Shown piece after piece: positions 56,382-64,000 of a DNA stretch of 64,000 bases. The notes under the pieces were generated by a model. That model was not told where the DNA came from and ran no database searches. It was given only the letters and a program-made list of their open reading frames with translations. The stretch is from NCBI GenBank assembly GCA_000092065.1, contig CP000593.1; one strand, written 5' to 3'. Every line of letters begins with the position of its first letter. Position 1 is the stretch's first letter. The stretch comes from Ostreococcus lucimarinus. Lineage: Eukaryota. A program made the translations under genes and the position numbers.

Positions 56382-58244
56382 CTACTTTCGTCTTCTGCTG
56401 CGACTAGAGGTACTTTTATTAGCAGGCGGAGTCGGCTCCACCGTTTTTCGTTTCTTCTTGTTGTCCGCGACTTCCGGTTCTGGTTTAGCGGGCGGCTTCG
56501 CTTCTTCTTCCGTCTTTGGCGGCTCCGGAGCTTCTTCAGCCGGCGGAGGCGCGGCTCGCTCCGGCGCTTTGTCCGTGTCCTTCGGCGCTGGACGGAACGG
56601 AACGTACGGAATACCTTGCGCCGCGCAGCACTCTGGGCAGGCAAACTTGACGTTTTCGGCGTTTTCGTCTTCCTCGCCCGGCGCCGGCGACTGCATGCCG
56701 ATGCACTCGTAATGAAACCAACCATCGCATCGATCGCAGCAAATCATCGGCCTGAGAGCGTCGTACGCGCTTCGGCAAACGCAATACAGTTCGCATCGCT
56801 CTCCCAACTCCTCGAGCTCCTCCTTCAAGTATAAAGGCAAAGATCGACCCTCTTGAAGCAGCAACTGCGCCGCCTCGATAGGAATCGTTTTGTCTTGCAC
56901 GACGGCGGCGGCGCGTTCGAGCCAGATTTGTCCAGCAACCTCCAACGCGTGCGCGCGATCGGCCAAAGGATCAATGCCGGCACCAGGGCAAAGACCAGCA
57001 GCCATGGCAGATTCCTTGAGCTCGTGAAGCTTGATCAACCTCGGGAACGGCGCACCAGTCATGAGCCGCGTGGCTTGTTCTCTCCACGCCGGACCGCACA
57101 CTTCGCGCATCAACGCGAGCGTCTCCTCAACAGGTTCCAGCTCCATCGCCAGAGCACCCTTCATGCCCGCGTACACTTGCAGCGCTGGATCGACATTATC
57201 TTTTCGAGGAATGTCATACGTGTAATCCATCTCTTGCTTGGGCATTCCAGACGCGTCGCCGACAAGCGATGGCATGGCCGGTTGCAACATGAACTGCTGC
57301 GGAACCATCATCGGTTCGTTCGTCTTCAACTGAGCAGACATATCGCTTGGACTACCATGACCCGTGGATGTTGAAGGTTCTTTGCCGGTGTCTTGCGCCG
57401 TCGGCGGCGGCATCATGCCAGACATTCCAGATAGTTGCAGAGTCGCTTCCATGAGCCAGTTGCTAGCGCCAACATTTGCCAGCTCTTCCTCGTGCTCGTT
57501 TGTCATCTTTAGATGCTGTTGCTGCATCATCAAGACGTGGAGGATGTGGGGCCTAGACCGAACTGGAGCCATGTGAATTTGAGCTTGGCACATCGCGAGT
57601 TGCATGGCGAGCTGTTGAAGTTGCCCGAGCTGCTTTGTGACGACATCTGAAATCTCCTGCGAACACGGCGAAATGTTCAACGCGTGCGTGCGCTGCGTTG
57701 CGGCGAACGTGACAGCTTGACCCATCAGCATGACTTGCTGTAATGGCGTGAGAGAAGCTGGAGGATTGGGGTTCTCTGCAGTCGCCGCGAGCGACGCTTC
57801 GGCGATTCGTCGTGTGCGTTCCTCAGATTCTCTCATCGCTGCTTCTTGGGCAATCTTCGAAGCTTGACTGATGGCGTTGTCGTGTGCTTCCTTCATACTC
57901 TTTCTATGCAAAGTCTTTCGTACTTCCAATCGCCACGCGTCGTGAGTATTGATGACTTGATTCAACACGGCTTCTTCTGGCACTTCTCCAGGAAATCGCT
58001 GCGCTTCACCGAGGAGTTCTCGCAAAAGCATGACGTTTGGGCGATTGGTGCGATGCACCGAGCGATACGTATCCAACGAGAGTGCGCTCGCCTTGCCACT
58101 CTTCGCGATGCATGGCGGACAGATGTAATTGTGCATCGTCTTTGCCATAGTAGGCGTCACATTGATACATTTTAAGTGATACCAGTCACCGCAATCATCA
58201 CATCCAACCATTTGAATTCCTCCAGCTTGTCGACAAAGGCAGAA
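56382..58244 (-). CDS. In-frame continuation of the JARID/KDM5-like reading frame downstream of a TAG: PHD finger at the extreme N-terminus, Q/M-rich low-complexity middle, second PHD finger and a basic tail
   Basis: This is the same frame as ORF 58245-61904. Immediately after the TAG (58245-58247) the frame encodes FCLCRQAGGIQMVGCDDCGDWYHLKCINVTPTMAKTMHNYICPPC, a complete C4HC3 PHD finger of the YCICRQ…CDxCxxWFHxxC type. The ORF-track ORF starts only at the internal Met 58211, which would leave the finger without its first Cys pair. A second PHD is LYCVCRSAYDALRPMICCDRCDGWFHYECIG…KFACPECC. Whether this is translated as part of the upstream protein is unresolved. Confidence 0.5.
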   Translation of the reverse strand, partial: FCLCRQAGGIQMVGCDDCGDWYHLKCINVTPTMAKTMHNYICPPCIAKSGKASALSLDTYRSVHRTNRPNVMLLRELLGEAQRFPGEVPEEAVLNQVINTHDAWRLEVRKTLHRKSMKEAHDNAISQASKIAQEAAMRESEERTRRIAEASLAATAENPNPPASLTPLQQVMLMGQAVTFAATQRTHALNISPCSQEISDVVTKQLGQLQQLAMQLAMCQAQIHMAPVRSRPHILHVLMMQQQHLKMTNEHEEELANVGASNWLMEATLQLSGMSGMMPPPTAQDTGKEPSTSTGHGSPSDMSAQLKTNEPMMVPQQFMLQPAMPSLVGDASGMPKQEMDYTYDIPRKDNVDPALQVYAGMKGALAMELEPVEETLALMREVCGPAWREQATRLMTGAPFPRLIKLHELKESAMAAGLCPGAGIDPLADRAHALEVAGQIWLERAAAVVQDKTIPIEAAQLLLQEGRSLPLYLKEELEELGERCELYCVCRSAYDALRPMICCDRCDGWFHYECIGMQSPAPGEEDENAENVKFACPECCAAQGIPYVPFRPAPKDTDKAPERAAPPPAEEAPEPPKTEEEAKPPAKPEPEVADNKKKRKTVEPTPPANKSTSSRSRRRK

Positions 58245-58247
58245 CTA

Positions 58248-61200
58248 ACCCTCCTCCGTCTCCGGCGGTTCGCCAGTCCCGGTGATGTCTTCCACACCAG
58301 CTTTGATGGAATCAAGAACATTGCTCAACATTTCGATAAGCGTTTTTTCTTGTTTGACTTCACCCTGATCGTTTGCCCAGAGCAACGCGTTGAGCCTCTC
58401 CGTCCACGCCGTGGCGGCGTTGCACGCATTTGTGAGCGCTTGTCTCTCTGAGCACTTGAAGGTCAAATCTTCCACCTCCGCTAGAAGATCGTATAATTCG
58501 TCAATCGAAGGGCGAGATCGACCTTCAGCGACACTGTTCAAGCACTTACGAACGGTGTCGACCCACTGTGCGTGATCCGCCAACGACGCCTCGAGGTCTT
58601 CTACCTTCGAGACGTCAGCGGGAAGTGCCTTGCCTTCGGCGATGAGGGCGTCTATTTCCTCCGGTGATGCACTCGGAGCCAATCGACCGTCTTCAAGGAG
58701 AGGAGGATCGAGCAAACGATCCGCTTTCTTGCGCCATTCGTCCACAATCGTGTACCGTTTCATGATTTCAGCGACAAGATCCTCTTTCAAGTCTTGAAGC
58801 ACGTCGATTTCTTCCCTGAGCTCGTCCAAAACGGTGTCCTCGACGAGCTTCGCCTTGGGTGCAATGATCTTAGCGACGCGTTCTTCCCACTTGAGCGACT
58901 TTAAACGAATGCGAACTGTCTCCATGGCTGGTAATTCTAATCCAAAGTCTTCGTGCGAAAGTTCAAGCTCGGTCAACGTCACCTCGGCGCCGTCTTCTCG
59001 CCAGCGCTCGATGGCGTCCTTCGCGTCCACGTCCCACTCTTCTGCGGCTTCGACGCGTTCTTCCAAAGCTTCAACTTCCTTGACAAACAATTTCAAGTTC
59101 GAAGACTCTTTCATGAGCTCTTGCGCCTCGGAAAGCGGCGGAATCGGATTTGACACACCGCGACGAGTGAGCTGCTTTCCCTTCAAACAAGGTTGTGCAC
59201 GATCCAACCAAGACTTGGCTACATTGACCGCTTCTGAAAGCACGTCGAATCCATTCAGAAAGATTGGAATCGAGCTTCCTTCGCGGATGAGCGACGCGGC
59301 GTCTTCGAGTGACGGTCGGTCCTTACTATCGAGAGATTTGAGCATCACCGCCGCGCGCTCGTTCCACTTCTTCGCCGCGTTGATGTGGCTCTCGCACTGC
59401 GCCAGCAGCGCTTCTTCATCTGGGGCAACCTCTTTATCTTCGGAGTCGAGGAACTCGTTACCCGCCCGCACGGCCGCTTCGACTTCGGCGAGCGGATATT
59501 TCTTCGATGAAACCATGTCCTTCAATTTCTCTGCCAGCTCCCGGACGACGATACGGTTTCGCAACCACTCGACTTCGTCCACTCGCACGCTAAACTTTTC
59601 ACCCTCGACGAGAAGCATGTGCAAATCCGTCACTCTTGCTCCCGGATAATCACTCGCTCGAGCATGATCGGCCCACACTTTGACAGCTTTGATTTGATCG
59701 GCTAGTCTGTCGACCTCGTCGAGTTTTGTTGACAACGCCATGCCCTCCTTGAGAAGCGCCTCGGCTTCTTCCACGTCAACCTTGGCGACGAACAGCGACT
59801 CAGACTTTGCGCGCCAAAAATTCAACTCTTCTAAAGATTTGCGCAAAGTCAAGAGTTCGCTCTGCTGAACGGGTAATCCATGCGCCTCTTCGTATAACGC
59901 CTCGATCTCTCGAGCATTCGCTAGTTCCTCGCGCGGCGGGAGTTGTCGTCGTCCTGGAAGCGCGCCGCGCACCTTCGTGGACCACGCGCCTGCTCTAACG
60001 ATGACGTCCTTCAGCTTTTTATATGAAGGGACTTCCACACCAAACTTATTCGCTTCAGTTTGAAGCGTCGTACAAGCGCGAGGAGATGGATTCGGTACCT
60101 CGGCGAGAGCCGCCTTGATGCGTTCCTCCAATTTCAAGCCCGCCGCGAGCAAATCGCGGAAAGGTTGAGTATCAGCCTTAGGCATCGGTACCGGTGGGTT
60201 GTCAAGGAGCTCTTTTAGTCTGTTCAATCTCAATCGCGCTTCACCAGCGTCATCGTGCGCGGCCTCGGCACCAGCACTGGATCCAAGCCTTTGCTTCAGC
60301 GCCACAAGACTCGTCTGCCACGCGACGGCGTTCGTCACGCGAGTGTACGCTTCTCGAGCCGCCTTCATATCAGCACCACCCCAAATAAACTCTTCACCCG
60401 CAGCGAGTAAATTTCTCATCTTGTCCAGCGGCGGCAAAGGTGGTTTGACGAGCTCTTCGCCCACTCGTTTCACCCAAGCCTGAGCCTTCTTGACGAGATT
60501 CTTGTTCACTGTGACTGAGTCCAAGTCGCTGTGCTTGGATTTTAAGCTGGCTAGTTCCTTCTGAGAAAGCGCCTTCTCCGTCTTCTTCACCAGACTTTCT
60601 AAATCAGCCACTGTTTCTCTGTAAAACATCGTCTTCTTCGACATCGCACATTTGCACAAGTCGTTGACGTGTCGCAAGCACGCCTTGCGCGTCTCGTCGC
60701 ACGAGCACCCGACGCCAGACGAGTACAAAATGTGTCGACAAACAACGCACTCATCGGATCCAGAGTTCGATGCATCGTCAAACCTAGATCGTACTTTACG
60801 AGGCTTTTCGCAGCCATCGTCGTCGTCGTCGTCGTCTGCTGACGTCATTTGCGCGCTGCGCGTCACGCCAGACGCGAAAAGCTCGGCGCGACCGTTTGCC
60901 TCTTCAGCGTACAAGCGCGCAATCTCGGGCCACAAGTGCGGCGCTATGCTCGAACTAGGATTGTTTGCTACTCTGCAAACCAACTCGTCGTGACTAAACA
61001 ATGAACGCTTGGCGTACGATCGGTTTCTCTCCACGCTCGCCGAGCCCTCTGGGAGCCAGTCAGCGGGCACAAAGTTGACGCTCTCCGTGCAGTTCAATCC
61101 ACAGTTGAACGACGCGTAGTACGCCCCGGGATACGTCACCACGTATTCTCCTGGGAATTGCTCCAACGTGTGCACGGGCACTCCCGCGCTCATCAAGAAG

Positions 61201-61911
61201 CTCGGCGAGAGCATCGTAAAGACGCTTCCCAAATCGTTGACGTGCGCCTCGTAGACGTCGGGCATCACCTTCTGGAAGCATTCTTCCAACTTGTCCGCTG
61301 CACTCGCCGGCACGCAGTACCACAGTTTCGCGGCACCCCAGTGATTGTAAGTGATACTGTACATGTTATGCTCTTCTCGACGCCAAGTCGTGGAACTAAA
61401 CGTGCTTCCGACTTCTAAGAATGGCGTCGTCACGCCCGCCACGTCATCCTTCAACGCGCCCAGTAGCGACGACTTTTCCCCACTCGCGCGCGCGACGTTG
61501 TTGAGATTCCATTTCGACTCTGACCAGCGCTTGATAGATTCCGGGCTCACGCCGTCAATCTTTACCTGAAGCGCTTCGCCGTGTCTCGGGAACCCGCTTC
61601 CGTACTTTGTCGTGTCAATCGCCGTGCCGCATTTGACCTCGCAAACATCATCCACCGAGCTCGCATCTTCAACCATTCGCCAGAAACACTCCTCAATCAC
61701 CTGCATATCGATCCCAGTTCGCTTGGCGTCCTCGCCAAAGAACGCCGTATCAAATTCTATGCACGCCTCGTTGAAATCGCCGAGCGTAAACTGCGTCCCT
61801 TCATCCGCGCTCAATCGCTCCACCTCCGCGTCAATCTCTTCGCATCGTCCACAAAACCACTCTCCACTCGGCACTTCAGTCATCTTCGGCGTTAAGCAGT
61901 ACATATGTGAC
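58248..61911 (-). CDS. JARID/KDM5-architecture protein, main exon: second half of PHD1, JmjC domain with both Fe(II)-ligand histidines substituted, C5HC2 zinc finger, long PLU-1-like helical region
   Basis: The JmjC core is TTWRREEHNMYSITYNHWGAAKLWYCVP…FPGEYVVTYPGAYYASFNCGLNCTESVNF, compared with KDM5A [28 protein letters not shown]…[27 protein letters not shown] as recalled (His to Arg and His to Tyr at the two His ligands, Glu retained). The C5HC2 is CVVCRHILYSSGVGCSCDE…CLRHVNDLCKC. The frame ends at TAG 58245-58247. Confidence 0.75.
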
Positions 61912-62119
61912 CTACGCGCGCATCATTCGTCAGTCTCGTCGCTCCTTCGCGGCTCCTTCTCCCCCGCGCGCCTCTAAACCCCACGTCTAACCGTCGCCCA
62001 CGCGCGCGTTCGCCGCGCCCTCGCGCGCCGCGCGAGCGCTCTCTCTCCCCGAACGCGCGTCCGAACGATCGAGATAATTTTCACGCGCGCGTTCTCGCGT
62101 GGCATTGTCGTATACGCAC
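61912..62119 (-). other. Spliceosomal intron (208 nt, GTGCGT…GCGTAG) splitting PHD finger 1 of the JARID/KDM5-like gene
   Basis: The upstream exon ends …CDVCGASGNEDAMILCDGCDRG (gg|gtgcgt). The downstream exon begins G|SHMYCLTP…EWFCGRC. Joined they give CDVC-x11-CDGC-DRGS-H-MY-C-x15-C-x2-C, a canonical PHD. The branch-point-like GAGACTGACGAA lies about 20 nt before the AG. The unspliced upstream frame hits a stop at 61987. Confidence 0.7.
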
Positions 62120-63144
62120 CCTCGATCGCACCCATCGCACAGGATCATCGCGTCTTCGTTCCCGCTCGCGCCGCACACGTCGCAGTCGGCGTCGCCCTCG
62201 GGCGCGTCCGCGAGCTGCGAGGCGACGAGATCGAGGCCCTGCGTCGCGAAAACACGCGCCGTAAAAGTCAGTCGCACGTCATCGCGACGCCCATCATCGC
62301 GCGCGCGCGTCGCACGCGCCGCGAACGCGTGCGATTCGCCGTCATCCCGGTCCCGCGCGAAGAAGATATGGCACGAATTACGCACATTTTCCACCTTGAC
62401 TCGCCGTTCGGGCGCGCCCGACGCCCCAAATTCGAGCCCACACAGCGCATCGATCGCCAGCGCGTCATCTTGTTCGATCTCTCCCTTCACCGCGTCGAAC
62501 TGCGCGCTCTTCACCGCGTCTTCTCTTCGCTTGGCGTCGCGCGCGAACGCCTCCAGCCACGCCCCGTGCAGCGCTCTCGCCGCGTGTCCCGCCGCGCATC
62601 CGCGTCCGTGCGCCCCGATCGCCTCCGCGACCTCGCGCCAGCCTTGATTTCCATCGATCGCGTCCGCGCCACCGCGTCTTTTCACCTCCTCGTACAGCGC
62701 GCGCAGGTCGAAGCGCCATCCTCGCACTCGATGGATGCGCCAACTCGCCCCTCGCGGCGCGCGTTCGTCCGGTCGCGACGCCCTGTGTCGCTCGTATTCG
62801 TCCCTGAACGGCACGCGCATGTCGACGGACGCGTCTCGCGCGCACGCCCCGAGCGCGCGGACCGGCTGCGTGCGCGCGGTGAACGACCACGCGCGCAAAT
62901 CGAGGGCGAACGCGCCGCGGTCGCGATGGCGGAGACCTCGCGCGTCGTCGTCGTCGTCGTCGTGCGCGATCGTGAGCTTGCCGATGCCGCACGCGCGGGC
63001 GTCGACGGCGGCGAGATCATCGAGGGCGTCGACGACGCCGGCCTCCGGGCGCGCGGACGCGCACGGCGCGCGCGACGGGGCCCGCATCGACCGCCGTCGC
63101 GAAATGCGGTGCGCGCGCGACGCCCGCGCGAGACGCGCTCGCAC
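62120..63144 (-). CDS. JARID/KDM5-like gene, upstream exon: ARID domain and first half of PHD1; 5' end and start codon unresolved
   Basis: The ARID-like block is RFDLRALYEEVKRRGGADAIDGNQGWREVAEAIG…ALHGAWLEAF. This is followed by DADCDVCGASGNEDAMILCDGCDRG. The N-terminal about 100 codons of the ORF are Arg/Ala-rich and may be non-coding. No clear JmjN was found; further 5' exons cannot be excluded. Confidence 0.55.
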
Positions 63145-63360
63145 GACACGGCGTTCGCGCGCGTCGCAATGCGCGTTCGGTCGCGGCGATGATTATTTAT
63201 GCGCGCGTCATCGCGATCGCACATGGATCGAGACGGCGCCCGAACGCGCGTTTGACCGTCGTCGATCGGCGATAAACCGATGCGCGCGCGGGCGACGACG
63301 ACGTCGTCGCGGTGACGGTCGGGACGCGCGCGCGGTGCGCGCGCGAGACGCGCGCGCGCG

Positions 63361-64000
63361 ATGGCGCATCGAGACCTCGGTCGCGACGTGCGAGGGGCCG
63401 GAGGCGCGGCGTTCGGCGACGGCGTCAGCGCGGTGCGGTTCTGCGCGGTCAGCGCGGGAGAGGGTCGCGACGACGACGACGATGGGATGGCGCGACGGTT
63501 GACGCTCCTGGTGACGTCCTGGGACGGGACCGCGCGGCGGTACGCGTGCCGCGCGCGCGAGATCGGGGACGTGAAATCGTTGAACTCGATCGATTTGGGC
63601 GCGCCCGCGCTGTGCGGGACGTTCGTCGGGACGGATGAGGACGCGGCGTGCGTGGGATGCCTCGACGGGTCGGTGCGCCTCGTCGATTTTAAAACTGGCG
63701 CGTTTCGCGTCGTCGGCGCGCACGACGACGGCGCGGTGTCGGCGGTGGAGTACGATGATGCGACGAAGAAATTGTTTACGTTTGGCTGGGATCGAACGAT
63801 TAGGGCGTGGGATTTGACGAAGGACGAGCGAGGGCGCGCGGTGTCGACGACGAAGACGGCTGGGAAGTGCTACGCGGCGGATTTGAGAGACGGTAAGATT
63901 TTCGTGGCGACGAGCGATGGGCAAGTTTTGGCGTACGAGACGCGAGATTTAGTGCGCGGTGTGGATGGTGATGACGGACGACGCGCGTCGGAAGCGCCGC
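63361..64000 (+). CDS. BUB3: Bub3-like WD40-repeat mitotic checkpoint protein, 3'-truncated by the window edge (this ORF is absent from the supplied ORF track because it has no stop in the window)
   Basis: Translation from ATG 63361 is open to the end of the window (213 aa). Compared with human BUB3 as recalled: LLVTSWDGTARRY (LLVSSWDTSVRLYD), GAHDDGAVSAVEY (GTHDAPIRCVEY), TFGWDRTIRAWDL (TGSWDQTVKLWDP), KIFVATSDGQVLAYETRDL (RLIVGTAGRRVLVWDLRN). Confidence 0.65.
   Translation, partial: MAHRDLGRDVRGAGGAAFGDGVSAVRFCAVSAGEGRDDDDDGMARRLTLLVTSWDGTARRYACRAREIGDVKSLNSIDLGAPALCGTFVGTDEDAACVGCLDGSVRLVDFKTGAFRVVGAHDDGAVSAVEYDDATKKLFTFGWDRTIRAWDLTKDERGRAVSTTKTAGKCYAADLRDGKIFVATSDGQVLAYETRDLVRGVDGDDGRRASEAP

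Noticed and set aside
58245-58387. Longer intron models (119 or 143 nt) that would remove the TAG in the JARID-like gene using the GTGAAG donor
   Set aside because: The 119-nt model produces a frameshift and a stop. The 143-nt model keeps the frame but deletes the first Cys pair of the PHD finger. Neither is better than leaving the TAG in place, so the issue is reported as unresolved.
1-64000. Search for prokaryote-style elements (CRISPR repeats, IS/transposase ORFs, integrases, toxin-antitoxin pairs, operonic defence islands)
   Set aside because: No candidates were found. Regular spacer-repeat arrays, transposase/integrase-like translations and Shine-Dalgarno-coupled co-directional clusters are absent. 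Gene structure (introns, UGUAA signals, presequences, eukaryotic-only families) is nuclear eukaryotic.

Overview
This window reads as compact, GC-rich nuclear DNA from a green alga, most likely a Micromonas-like mamiellophyte. The evidence is a circadian-type pseudo-response regulator with a C-terminal CCT motif, an AP2/ERF factor, a plant-type UDP-sugar pyrophosphorylase, ciliary and basal-body genes (EFHC/Rib72-like DM10 protein, Sfi1-like centrin-binding repeat protein), TGTAA motifs after most stop codons, and rare short GT-AG introns. I see no prokaryotic features: no CRISPR arrays, operons or phage-like modules.

About 38 protein-coding genes are supported on both strands at roughly one gene per 1.7 kb, with very short intergenic spacers, head-to-head promoters and convergent genes whose stop codons lie under 50 bp apart. 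Genes recognised with good confidence are:
- an ENT nucleoside transporter (5' partial);
- an NSUN2/Trm4-like RNA m5C methyltransferase;
- a TOC1-like PRR;
- an acyl-CoA dehydrogenase;
- RNase P/MRP Rpp29/POP4;
- a ribokinase fused to a xylose-isomerase-like TIM barrel;
- two Ser/Thr kinases, one STE20/OSR1-like with an intron;
- an RluA pseudouridine synthase;
- an E-Syt/tricalbin-like SMP+C2 protein;
- a GT64 exostosin-like glycosyltransferase;
- a RING-H2 ligase;
- a 3xAP2 transcription factor;
- a calpain;
- UDP-sugar pyrophosphorylase;
- the DNA primase small subunit;
- a DDX27/Drs1-like DEAD-box helicase;
- a DMT transporter;
- an expansin/EG45-like DPBB protein with an intron;
- adrenodoxin reductase;
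- a SpoU rRNA/tRNA methyltransferase;
- a Bub3-like WD40 protein running off the 3' edge, absent from the ORF track.

The most unusual item is a JARID/KDM5-architecture gene on the minus strand (ARID, PHD, JmjC, C5HC2, PLU-1, two PHDs) that carries a 208-bp intron. Both Fe-binding histidines of its JmjC domain appear substituted, which resembles JARID2. A single in-frame TAG also sits immediately before a perfectly formed PHD finger. Other items worth following are:
- an Evening Element about 350 bp upstream of the TOC1-like gene;
- an E2F site and a tandem 25-bp ACGT-core repeat in the USP/primase bidirectional promoter;
- an NPPY-motif amino-methyltransferase-like protein;
- a plastid-type tryptophan-repeat protein;
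- a conserved extended branch-point motif (GAGACTGACGAA) shared by independent introns.

Many long ORFs in the six-frame track are Arg/Ala/Ser/Pro-rich antisense or out-of-frame artefacts of the high GC content and were not called. All coordinates derived by hand from ORF-track arithmetic are approximate to within a few nucleotides.
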